DNA from: a virus
Taxonomy: Duplodnaviria; Caudoviricetes
Virus record (IMG/VR): IMGVR_UViG_3300037312_001491
Coordinates: 24,096-88,095 of that record
Direction: 5' to 3' (one strand)
DNA length: 64,000 nucleotides
This document shows, piece after piece, positions 50,576 to 59,057 of this stretch. The translations under genes were made by a program, and so were the position numbers. Below the pieces are notes generated by a model that saw only the letters and a list, made by a program, of their open reading frames with translations, was not told where the DNA came from and searched no databases. Numbering within the stretch: position 1 is the stretch's first letter; the number at the start of each line of letters is the position of its first letter.

Positions 50576-50907
50576 GACGCCCTCCGCGGCCAGCCCCAGG
50601 TGCCAGGCTGATCCGGTCCGCCCTTGCTCACCGAGGTGCGGGCGTAGAGCTGCCCGTTCTCGTCGAACACGGCGAGGTTGACGCACGCGTTCGGGCCATC
50701 GCCCCACACCTTCACGACGTGGGCGGTGTGCTCGACGATCTCGTCGTTGATGTGCGCGTAGTACATGACCACGCGACCCTTCGACGGGACCTGCGGCGCG
50801 CTCTGCGCGAGGCGCGGCTCCGGCGTGTTCGGCTTGGTCGGGGTGGTGGTTGCCGGGGCGTCCGGCGCGGTTGCCGGCGGGGTGCCGGACTCGTTGGTGT
50901 TGCCCAT
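50572..50907 (-). CDS. hypothetical protein (111 aa)
   Basis: P.KGRVV.Y...A.V..VW....VNL.VFD..G pattern. Confidence 0.65.
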   Translation of the reverse strand: MGNTNESGTPPATAPDAPATTTPTKPNTPEPRLAQSAPQVPSKGRVVMYYAHINDEIVEHTAHVVKVWGDGPNACVNLAVFDENGQLYARTSVSKGGPDQPGTWGWPRRAS

Positions 50908-50945
50908 GCCCGGAGAGACGTCGCGGGGGTGGCGACTTGTTCCGC

Positions 50946-53591
50946 TTACGCAGCCTTCTTCGCAGCTAGGCAGGCTTCGCAGGTCTTCTCGTCGTGCTCG
51001 GGCGTCCACGGCACGAGGCGGCCGTAGTGGTAGACCGGCTCCGCGGCCTTGAACCACTGCCGCATGAGCGCCGGAGGAGCCTTACACTTCGCGGCCATGT
51101 CCGGGCAGACCTCCTGGAACGCGCGCACCATGATTTCGGAGAGGCGCTCTGCGGCCTCGTGCGAGATGTGCTCCGGGAACTCGCCGATGATTTCGTCGTG
51201 CTGGAGGACGATGCAGCGCGAGCCCAGGAGCGGCGACACCTGGCCGGCGTACTTGCTGACCTTGCCACCAGGGCACGCGTCGGTGGGCACGCGCACCGTG
51301 ACGTCGCAACACTCGCGCTGCGCGACGCGGAGGGCGCGCTTACTGGCGACCGCGAGCAAGCTCTGGAAGTAGCCGTTGCTCGCGTCGCAGAACGCCACCC
51401 CGCCACGGATGATGTTCGAGACGTGCTGGATCATCTCGCCGGGTTCGAGCTGGCTGCCCGGCGGCAGGCCGTGGACCGCGCACTGCTCGTCCGTCAGCGG
51501 CTGGCCCTCGTCGACGACCATCGACGTGAACTTGAAGTATTCCTTGGCCTCGGGGAACGTGTCGAAATACTGCTGCTGGAGTCGCTCGGCGCAGACCAGG
51601 CAGCGGCGGCACGTCGGCGAGATGCGACGCTCGAACCCGGGCTTACCCCAGTGCGTCACCTTGTCGACGCCGCATGCCTCAGCGCCATCCATCAGGACGC
51701 AGAAACGCAGACCGCGATAGCCGGGCACCTTGCCGCCCTTGCCGTCGTCGATCATCGCCGGGCCGTTCTTGCACGGCGTGTCGGGGCCCTGCTTGCGCTG
51801 CTGGAGCACGAGCTTGACCGCGCCCATGCCACCCGGCTTGCCGAACACCCACGGCTTGGCGGCCTGGCGCGCGTTGGCGTACGCCGTGACCTTCTTCTTC
51901 TTCGCGAAGAACTCGTCGTAGTCTACGCCGAGCACGGCGGCGCCGAACTCGGAGTGTGGCTCGCGACCGGCGAGCACCATCTCGGCCTGGCGCGAGTACC
52001 CGAGGATCCACAGGCAGCTCTGCGCGTGGGTGATGACCTCGCCCTGGTTGTAGTCGCACGAGCACAGCACGTAGCCCTTGCGCGCGCGGATGCACTCGCG
52101 CAGCGACGGGATCCACCTCTTGGACCCGTCGGGCATGTCGACGAAGTACCCTGGGTCGCGCGGAAACTGCTGGATGGCGTCGGAGTACGAGGTGCGGTCG
52201 GTCTCCAGAAGGACGTTCGGCCACAGGGTCAGTGGCACGCTCGCCCAGCCGCCGCCGGGGAAGTGCTTGCGCGCCTTGCGCAGGTACGGCCCGTAGTTCG
52301 TGACCGTCTTAGCGTCCTCCTTGTAGTCCGCGAGCATGCGGAGCCGGTCGTCGGCAGCCTCGTTGAGCGTGTCGGCGTCGGCCTTGACCTGGCCGGAGGG
52401 GAACTTGTCGCTGGGCTCGGTGCGCGGCAGGTCCGGGCACGTCAATAGATCGAACCCGGTGCCGCAGCAGTCAGTGCAGTTGATGCCGTCCTTCTCCGGG
52501 TCCCACGCCCGGCGCACCGGCATCTTCTTGGACGGCGAGACGACCTTTCCAAAGCCCTTGCACGTCGGACACTGGCCTTCGGCTCCGTACGCCGCGGCGA
52601 CGTCATGAGCGACGCGAGATTTGCTCTCGCCGAGCTTCATCTCGCCCTTCTCGCGCTTCCACTTGAGGTATCCCAGCTCGATCAGCTTGGGGGCGATCTC
52701 CGCTCGAACCTTCTCGACCTGGGCAACCACGACACTGACGGCGTCCTGGTCGACGTCGAAGCCCCACGCCGCGCCGAGGTGCATGGCCCACGCGGTGTAC
52801 GTCTGGTCCGCCATCGAGTGGAGGTTGCGCGCCGGCCGCGGCGCCCAGCACGCGCCGGGGATGTCGGCCTCGTTCGCCTCGTCGAGCTGGTAGCCACAGA
52901 ACTCGCAGTGGAGCGTGTGGTCGTGGTGGCGGGCCCAGCGGTGGCGGCCACACGACGGCCAGTGCCCGACCTGCGCCAGGCAGTCCTCCAGCGTGTTCCG
53001 CACGTCGTCGATCGGGTACTCGCGCGCCGCCGGCGGCCACAGCTCGATGGGGATTCCGTCGAGAGTGGCGTACTTGAGCCGGAACTCGTCGTTCGCCTTC
53101 GCGTCCTTGCGGCCGAGCCGGAGGTCCGTGACGATGGCGAGGGAGTAGTATTTGTTCGGCGCCCCAGAGATCGGGTCGCGCAGGCCACCACCGGTGCGCG
53201 GGTCCTTGCCGAGCGTGCCGTCCGCGATGGCGTTGAGCGCCTCACCGATGAGTACGTCGTAGATCCGCCCCTGCTCGTAGGCGCGGAAGATGAGCGGCAT
53301 GATGTCGCGGCCGCGCTTGGACCACTCCACCGCGCAGACCAGGAGGTCGTACACGATGTTCGCGCCGACGATGACCCGCCGCTCGTCCTCCAGCAGCTCG
53401 ATGAGGACCTGGAGCGCGTGCTCCTTGTCGAGCAGCTCGCCGACGATGTTGCCGTCGGGGCCGACGATGGCAATCGACGCGCAGACCAGCGGCGGAGCCT
53501 TGAGCCCTGGCTGCTCAGGGTCGCCGAGGTGGGTCTCGCAGTCAAACGCGACGGCCCACTTGGGCAGTGACGCGAGCCGCTCGGGTGTCAC
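50946..53591 (-). CDS. polA: family A DNA polymerase with 3'-5' exonuclease domain
   Basis: AFDCETH, GANIVYDL (exo); CDYNQGE (motif A); RQAAKPWVFG (motif B); QHDEI (motif C). Confidence 0.9.
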   Translation of the reverse strand: MTPERLASLPKWAVAFDCETHLGDPEQPGLKAPPLVCASIAIVGPDGNIVGELLDKEHALQVLIELLEDERRVIVGANIVYDLLVCAVEWSKRGRDIMPLIFRAYEQGRIYDVLIGEALNAIADGTLGKDPRTGGGLRDPISGAPNKYYSLAIVTDLRLGRKDAKANDEFRLKYATLDGIPIELWPPAAREYPIDDVRNTLEDCLAQVGHWPSCGRHRWARHHDHTLHCEFCGYQLDEANEADIPGACWAPRPARNLHSMADQTYTAWAMHLGAAWGFDVDQDAVSVVVAQVEKVRAEIAPKLIELGYLKWKREKGEMKLGESKSRVAHDVAAAYGAEGQCPTCKGFGKVVSPSKKMPVRRAWDPEKDGINCTDCCGTGFDLLTCPDLPRTEPSDKFPSGQVKADADTLNEAADDRLRMLADYKEDAKTVTNYGPYLRKARKHFPGGGWASVPLTLWPNVLLETDRTSYSDAIQQFPRDPGYFVDMPDGSKRWIPSLRECIRARKGYVLCSCDYNQGEVITHAQSCLWILGYSRQAEMVLAGREPHSEFGAAVLGVDYDEFFAKKKKVTAYANARQAAKPWVFGKPGGMGAVKLVLQQRKQGPDTPCKNGPAMIDDGKGGKVPGYRGLRFCVLMDGAEACGVDKVTHWGKPGFERRISPTCRRCLVCAERLQQQYFDTFPEAKEYFKFTSMVVDEGQPLTDEQCAVHGLPPGSQLEPGEMIQHVSNIIRGGVAFCDASNGYFQSLLAVASKRALRVAQRECCDVTVRVPTDACPGGKVSKYAGQVSPLLGSRCIVLQHDEIIGEFPEHISHEAAERLSEIMVRAFQEVCPDMAAKCKAPPALMRQWFKAAEPVYHYGRLVPWTPEHDEKTCEACLAAKKAA

Positions 53592-54049
53592 CGTTGCTTG
53601 GCGCGGGGCGGTAGCTCGAACCGCTCGCGGTGCTGGTCGATGTAGTAGTTGTTCGCCCAGGCGCGACCGTACTTCGACTCATCGGCGTCGCCGTGAGTGT
53701 CAATCGTGTTGGCGAACAGCCCCCGGTACAGGTACTTGAACACGACCCCGGCGGCTTTGCTGGTGTCGCGGTCCTTCCAGTCGAGGTCGTAGTCGTCGAA
53801 CAGGAGCCGGTTGCGCTCGCCGGTGTACGGGCAGAGGAACTGCCACTCACCCTCGCGCCAGTAGTCGCCCCCTGTGCAGCCGTGGGGCTCGATGTAGTAG
53901 TGCGTCACGAGCAGGTCGAGCTTCCCGATCGGGTGCATCTTCCCGCACGAGCACAGGATGCGGCGCCGGCGGCGCTCCTCCTGCTGGTCCGCGATGGCCT
54001 CGTCGAGCTGGGCTCGCGCCTTCGCCACCTTCGCCTGCGCTGCGGTCAT
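53588..54049 (-). CDS. hypothetical protein (153 aa)
   Basis: CSCGKMH, HYYIEPHGCTGGDYW..GE..F.CP. Confidence 0.65.
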   Translation of the reverse strand: MTAAQAKVAKARAQLDEAIADQQEERRRRRILCSCGKMHPIGKLDLLVTHYYIEPHGCTGGDYWREGEWQFLCPYTGERNRLLFDDYDLDWKDRDTSKAAGVVFKYLYRGLFANTIDTHGDADESKYGRAWANNYYIDQHRERFELPPRAKQR

Positions 54050-54711
54050 CCTGCCATCCGATACGCCAGCTGGGCGCGCCGGAATTCCAGCTGGGTGTGA
54101 CGCTTGAGCCACCGCCGCTCGGCTTCCTCGGGCGAGTAGCAGTGGATGGTCGCGCCGAGACGCTCGCCGAACTGCGCGCGCACCCGGTTCATGTCGGGGA
54201 ACGCGATGAGCGCCTCGATCTCATCGACCAGGATGCGCGAGTCGACCTCGTCGACCAGCTCGCGCACGCGCTTGTTCGGGCGCAGCTGAAGCGCGTCCTT
54301 GACCACCTTCTCGACGTCGACCTCCGCACGGCGGAATCCGCGGAGCGCGCTCTCGTACTTGAGCGGGCGGATGATGTCGCCGATGTACGCCTCGGTGTCG
54401 TCGTGGTGGTGTCCCCACCGCCCGGCGTCGAGGACCTCCGACGGCGTGAAGCCTCGGCACTCGGCGATGTACTCGGCCCAGCCGCCGACCATGTACGCGT
54501 GCTCGGCGACCGAGTAGAACTGGCCGGGCGCGGCGTCACTGATCTGGCCGGCGTAGCGGCATTCGTTCGAGATGCCGCGCGCGATGTCGTGGACGTGGAC
54601 CTCGTCCGGCCTCGGGTCGAGCGGCCAGAAGTGCTGCCCCGACGAACACCACATCCAGTCGCCGTAGCGGCGGCCGCGCAGGTGCGCCCACGCGCGAGCG
54701 ACGGACCTCAC
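54046..54711 (-). CDS. HD-domain 5'-deoxynucleotidase-like protein
   Basis: DIA..ISN.CRY.G...FYSVAEH, HHDD.EAY.GD...PLK. Confidence 0.8.
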   Translation of the reverse strand: MRSVARAWAHLRGRRYGDWMWCSSGQHFWPLDPRPDEVHVHDIARGISNECRYAGQISDAAPGQFYSVAEHAYMVGGWAEYIAECRGFTPSEVLDAGRWGHHHDDTEAYIGDIIRPLKYESALRGFRRAEVDVEKVVKDALQLRPNKRVRELVDEVDSRILVDEIEALIAFPDMNRVRAQFGERLGATIHCYSPEEAERRWLKRHTQLEFRRAQLAYRMAG

Positions 54712-55364
54712 CAGTCCCCCGCGACGTAGTGCGCCGTGCTGGCGTAGCAGATGCCCTCGTAGCCACAACCCTTGGGACACTTGCCGTCGAGGCGCGGCCA
54801 GCGACGCCGGACCTCGTGGGTGAACACGGCGTTGAGCAGCACCTGGTCGGTCATACCGCGCGTGTCGGCCTTGAACCTCCGGTACGCCTCTTCCCACTGG
54901 CGCTCGTCGAACGTGACGCCGTGGTTGCAGATGTACGTGCGGTGGCGCGTCAGGCGTCGGTAGCGGCCGACCTTGCGAGCGAAGGGCCACGCGAAGCAGA
55001 AGCCCCAACCCGAGATCGTGTTGTCCTTCTCGACGTGGTACGTGAGCCGCACGCCGAGGAACTGGAGCACGAGCGTGTTGAGCCAGCCGACCCACGTCAG
55101 GCCACGCCAGCGGCGCAGCGGCCCCATGTGCTCGGGGGCCTCGCCCTTGCCGACGATGGCGCCGCGCTCGCGGATGACAGCGATGATGACGCTGTCGTCG
55201 CACCGCTTGACGGACCACATGCCGTTGCCTTCGAGGTTGCCGGCGAGCGCGACGCCGAGTTGCATCGTCAGTGCGACGATGGCGCTCTGGGGGTCAGGGT
55301 AGTCGCCGGAGAACTCCCAGTCCTCGCCGGTCTCCCCGGTCTTCATGCCGATTTCCCATGTCAT
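54708..55364 (-). CDS. hypothetical protein (218 aa)
   Basis: AGGAGG RBS, ATG 55364. Confidence 0.65.
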   Translation of the reverse strand: MTWEIGMKTGETGEDWEFSGDYPDPQSAIVALTMQLGVALAGNLEGNGMWSVKRCDDSVIIAVIRERGAIVGKGEAPEHMGPLRRWRGLTWVGWLNTLVLQFLGVRLTYHVEKDNTISGWGFCFAWPFARKVGRYRRLTRHRTYICNHGVTFDERQWEEAYRRFKADTRGMTDQVLLNAVFTHEVRRRWPRLDGKCPKGCGYEGICYASTAHYVAGDW

Positions 55365-55528
55365 CGGGTCCTCCTTGCGAACATCTGCGCGGCGACGACG
55401 TAACCGACGGCCATTCCTACGCCGACCATCATGTCGACTGGCGTCTTGGCGACCACGGCTTGGGCGGCATACGTGAGCGCACACAGCCACAGCAGTCGCA
55501 CGAACCACTTGAGCTGGCCTGCGTTCAC
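55361..55528 (-). CDS. small two-helix membrane protein (55 aa)
   Basis: Read manually: VNAGQLKWFVRLLWLCALTYAAQ...; GTGA and ATGA couplings on both sides. Confidence 0.55.
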   Translation of the reverse strand: MNAGQLKWFVRLLWLCALTYAAQAVVAKTPVDMMVGVGMAVGYVVAAQMFARRTR

Positions 55529-56403
55529 TTGAGACACCGGTTACACGGCCCGCAGCGACGGTTCTCGTCCTTGCCGTGCGCGTCGACCGGGCATACGAGG
55601 CCGCGGTGGAACTGCATGAGCCCCTGCCACCACGGCGACTCGGCGAGCGTCGCGAACTGGCGCGGCCGCAGGTTGTAGTCGGGGAAGACGACGTCGTCGG
55701 CGCGCAGGCCCGGGACCTCGCCGTCGACGGTGAGGTAACAGACGCGCAGCGGCTGACCCGGCTTGCCATGGATGAGTGATGCCTCGACCGCGGCCTGCCA
55801 GTTGTCCTTGTCGGCCGACAGGTTGACGGCGAGGTTGCCGCGCATGAGCGTCGACACCTCGACCAGCGGCGCGAGGAAGTCGAACGAGCGGGTGTAGATC
55901 CAGAGGCGAATCCACGGGCCCTTCTCCTGCACGCGCCGGCAGACGTCGGCGATCCACATCGCGTGGGTGAACGAGACGACGTCACCCGAGACGTGCCAGC
56001 GGAAGCCACCATCGGCGTTCTCGTAGATCCACGTCGCCAGCGCCTCGGCCCACGCGTTGCGGAAGTCGATGGGCGTTGTGTCGTCCCCGTTGAGGATGGC
56101 CCGCAGCGTCGCCGCGTTCTCCTCGTAGAGGGCGTAGAGGTCGGGCTGCGCCGCCTTGAGGTTCTCGACGTAGCACGCCTTGCGGCACGTCTCCGTCGAC
56201 TGCGGGCAGTGCTCCATCCCCGAGATGCCGGCCGACGGCAGCGACAGCGCGTTGGGCTTGGGGTCCTTGAGCGTTCCGTTCCCGGCCGTCACCTTGCCGT
56301 TGCCGTCGAGGTGGAGGACGAGGCCGCCCGGCCCTTCGAGGCGGGCGTGACAGAACGCTGTGGTCTTGGCCGTCGAGCCGACGACCGGCAAATGGGTCTT
56401 CAT
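55525..56403 (-). CDS. GP88-like Cys-rich protein
   Basis: SLP...CP.S...C..ACY, FRWHVSGD, W.YTRSF, NLSAD, CP......C..C..C. Confidence 0.7.
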   Translation of the reverse strand: MKTHLPVVGSTAKTTAFCHARLEGPGGLVLHLDGNGKVTAGNGTLKDPKPNALSLPSAGISGMEHCPQSTETCRKACYVENLKAAQPDLYALYEENAATLRAILNGDDTTPIDFRNAWAEALATWIYENADGGFRWHVSGDVVSFTHAMWIADVCRRVQEKGPWIRLWIYTRSFDFLAPLVEVSTLMRGNLAVNLSADKDNWQAAVEASLIHGKPGQPLRVCYLTVDGEVPGLRADDVVFPDYNLRPRQFATLAESPWWQGLMQFHRGLVCPVDAHGKDENRRCGPCNRCLK

Positions 56404-56412
56404 ACGATCCTC

Positions 56413-56625
56413 TTACTGGGTGAGTCCGTCGGCGATCGACTGGGGCATCCCAGCCAGCTGACGGAGGTGTTCGAGATGCTGCGCGTGCTTGAAGTCGCCG
56501 AGGGCACGGCGCTCCGCTTGGGCAGCCGTCCACTGCTTGTGCAGCCGGCCGCGCGTCCGGTGGTCGAGGCGGGCCCAGAGACGCTTGACGTCCTTGGGGA
56601 TCCGCGACGACTCCTGCCCGGACAC
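56413..56625 (-). CDS. hypothetical protein (70 aa)
   Basis: GTG 56625; start uncertain. Confidence 0.45.
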   Translation of the reverse strand: MSGQESSRIPKDVKRLWARLDHRTRGRLHKQWTAAQAERRALGDFKHAQHLEHLRQLAGMPQSIADGLTQ

Positions 56626-56663
56626 GCGCCGGTCAGCACGACAGGCCCTTGCCGCTCCCTGGT

Positions 56664-56873
56664 TCACGACGCGCGACCTTCCGAGTTCGGGGTCGCCCAC
56701 GCCTTGTGGGTGCGGATGACCTCGCGCGTCTCGGACTGGTGACCATCGACGCGGCGCGGGACTGCGCGCTGGTAGGTGAAGCGGGCATCCCCGGTCTGGG
56801 AGTCCCAGTGGTAGTGGATGAGGTTCCACCCTTGCGAGCCGTGGCGCGGCTCGGTTTCGGTCTCGGTCGTCAT
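56664..56873 (-). CDS. hypothetical protein (69 aa)
   Basis: AAGGAG RBS, ATG 56873. Confidence 0.55.
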   Translation of the reverse strand: MTTETETEPRHGSQGWNLIHYHWDSQTGDARFTYQRAVPRRVDGHQSETREVIRTHKAWATPNSEGRAS

Positions 56874-56886
56874 GTCGGCTCCTTGG

Positions 56887-57756
56887 CTAGAACGGGATGT
56901 CGCCGCCGCCGTTACCCTGCGGCCCACCACCCCAGCCACCACCGCCGCGACGGAGCATGCCGCCGCCTTGCTGGCCGCCCTGCGGCTGGCCCCAACCTCC
57001 GCCCTGGTTCTGCTGGCCCTGCGGAGGGGCCTGGTTCGGCTGCTGGCCCCAGCCCTGCGGCTGACCCTGGAAGCCACCCTGCGGGCCCTGCCCAGAGCCG
57101 TAGCCCTGGCCACCCTGCTGGTAGCCCTGGTTCTGCTGGCCGCCGCCGTAGCCCTGACCGCCCTGGCCACGGTGGTCCTCGACCATCGGGTGGCGCTTGT
57201 CCAGCTCCGCGCGAGCCGTGGCGACGTCCGCCTGCGTCTGAGGCAGCGGGGTCCACGTCTCCGACGTGTACTGGTTGCCCTTCGGGCCCTTCTTCGGGCT
57301 GCCGTCCTCGTTGATGTCGCCGGTGACCTCGACGTCGAGCACGACACCGCGGCCGCGCTGCTCGGGTCCGAGGACGCCGTCGCCAAACGCGGCGGTGTTG
57401 CGCACCTGCTCCGGCAGGTCCGTGATGGACGCCAGGAGTGCGTCGATCAGCTGGCGCGCGCGGTCGTACTCGTATTCCGGGAACTTGCTGCGGTTCACGA
57501 AGAATGCGATCGAGCCACGGGCACCCGGCTGGTACACCGTGCTCTGCTGGACCTCGAAGTCGGCCTGGAGGCGGACCTCGTGTCCCTTGTTGCTCTTGAC
57601 CTCCATGAAGGTCAGGAGGGCGACCCGGTGCTTGCCGATGGCAAGTGCGTTACGGGTCTTCATGCGCTGTGCGTTGGCGATCTTCGCCAACATGCTGTCT
57701 GCGTATCCCACTGCTGCTCGCTTGAACTCGTCTTCACGACGACGATCGGTGGTCAC
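56887..57756 (-). CDS. ssDNA-binding-like protein
   Basis: Beta-rich core and long G/Q-rich tail ending DIPF. Confidence 0.6.
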   Translation of the reverse strand: MTTDRRREDEFKRAAVGYADSMLAKIANAQRMKTRNALAIGKHRVALLTFMEVKSNKGHEVRLQADFEVQQSTVYQPGARGSIAFFVNRSKFPEYEYDRARQLIDALLASITDLPEQVRNTAAFGDGVLGPEQRGRGVVLDVEVTGDINEDGSPKKGPKGNQYTSETWTPLPQTQADVATARAELDKRHPMVEDHRGQGGQGYGGGQQNQGYQQGGQGYGSGQGPQGGFQGQPQGWGQQPNQAPPQGQQNQGGGWGQPQGGQQGGGMLRRGGGGWGGGPQGNGGGDIPF

Positions 57757-57819
57757 TAGACTGTGGCCTACCGTTTACGAGTGGGATTACGCCGCCGGCG
57801 GGATCCGCTATTCCACCAG

Positions 57820-58785
57820 CTATTTCCGCAGGTCAGCCAGCTCCTTCATGATGCGTTCGACCTGCTCGGTCGCCTCCGACGCGGTCAGCTGTGCCTCGGC
57901 CAGGAATGCCTTCGCCCGTGCCTCATGGGCCAGGGCTTCCGCCAGTTGTGTCGCGAGCTTGGCCGCCGACGAGTTGACCGGCGTTGGCGCGGGCGCGGGC
58001 TTGCCGACCGTCAGCAGCGGCGCCGGCGCGGGTACCGGGTTCGCCGACAGCTCACCGACCAGGGAGTCGCGGATCTGCTGGACGACCTGCTGGCTCATGC
58101 CGGTGCCGAACTTGGCCTTGATGAGCGCCTGGAGCCCGTCGGCGCCGCCGTAGCGGATGTTCGGTCGCGTGCGCAGGACCTCCTTCACGTACTCGATGCG
58201 CTCCACCACCGTGCCGCCACGGGCTGGGCCTGGCACCGGCGGCAACTCTGGCAGCACCGGTATGGCCTGCTTACGCGTAGCCGCGATGGGGACGACCGGA
58301 GCCTCCGGCTTGGGCGCCGGGGCGGGTGGCAGTGCCGGCGTCTCCTTCACCGGCCGCACGTTCGCGAGCTTGTCGGCCAGAGGCCGGTTCGGCACCTTCC
58401 AACGACCGTTGGCGTAGTTCGAGGACGCGGACTCGCTCGTCAGGACCGTGACGGCGTACGGCGCGGGCTTGCCTGGGCCGCCGACCACGCGCGGCCGCGG
58501 GTAGCCGCTGGGCTGGTACTGACGCATGACCACCATCGCGGTCTTGCCGTCGCGCGCCGTGACCGGCACGATGCGCGTGTCCTCGTCGGGGGCGTCGGAA
58601 TCGACGATGACGGTGAACTTGCGGTCGAGAATGGCCGCATGGATAAGGTCGTCTAGGTGGTGCCCGAGGTCGGGATCGCTGAGCTTGCGCTTCTCCTCGG
58701 CCACCATGTCGCGGAAGCGGTCAACCGCATTCAGCGACAGCCAATAACGGAACTCCCCAGTAACCTGGGGTGGCTTGTAAGTCAT
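57820..58785 (-). CDS. hypothetical protein (321 aa) with Pro-rich linkers
   Basis: ATG 58785 with GGAGG, downstream of its own promoter. Confidence 0.65.
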   Translation of the reverse strand: MTYKPPQVTGEFRYWLSLNAVDRFRDMVAEEKRKLSDPDLGHHLDDLIHAAILDRKFTVIVDSDAPDEDTRIVPVTARDGKTAMVVMRQYQPSGYPRPRVVGGPGKPAPYAVTVLTSESASSNYANGRWKVPNRPLADKLANVRPVKETPALPPAPAPKPEAPVVPIAATRKQAIPVLPELPPVPGPARGGTVVERIEYVKEVLRTRPNIRYGGADGLQALIKAKFGTGMSQQVVQQIRDSLVGELSANPVPAPAPLLTVGKPAPAPTPVNSSAAKLATQLAEALAHEARAKAFLAEAQLTASEATEQVERIMKELADLRK

Positions 58786-58804
58786 ACAGAAACCTCCGCC
58801 TGGC

Positions 58805-58833
58805 ACCCTAACCATCGATTTTAACCTTGTCAA
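58805..58833 (-). promoter_or_regulatory. sigma70-like promoter
   Basis: TTGACA-17-TAGGGT in an AT-rich island. Confidence 0.7.
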
Positions 58834-58849
58834 TGAGTACGATTTGCCC

Positions 58850-58877
58850 TTGACCGAGGGCCGCCCCTGCGTATGTT
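58850..58877 (+). promoter_or_regulatory. sigma70-like promoter (divergent)
   Basis: TTGACC-16-TATGTT, ATG 6 nt downstream. Confidence 0.65.
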
Positions 58878-58883
58878 GAGGGC

Positions 58884-59057
58884 ATGACCAAGACCAACGA
58901 AACCCTCTCGTTCGCATACGACGGCGTCGCGTACTCTCTCGGTGCGAAGAAGAACGCCCAGTGGAGCCTGGGCATCATGTTCAAGGCGCTGGACCCATTC
59001 CAGAACGCGGAGAACGCCTGGCGACGGGCACTGACTCGCACTGCGACGGCCTACTAG
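58884..59057 (+). CDS. small hypothetical protein (57 aa)
   Basis: MTKTNETLSFAYDGVAYSLGAKKNAQWSLGIMFKALDPFQNAENAWRRALTRTATAY; GC3-rich; below ORF-track cutoff. Confidence 0.6.
   Translation: MTKTNETLSFAYDGVAYSLGAKKNAQWSLGIMFKALDPFQNAENAWRRALTRTATAY

Noticed and set aside
50946-54711. PolA plus HD nucleotidase suggesting a Z-base (2-aminoadenine) genome
   Set aside because: No PurZ/adenylosuccinate-synthetase-like gene seen, and HD 5'-nucleotidases are common in phages.
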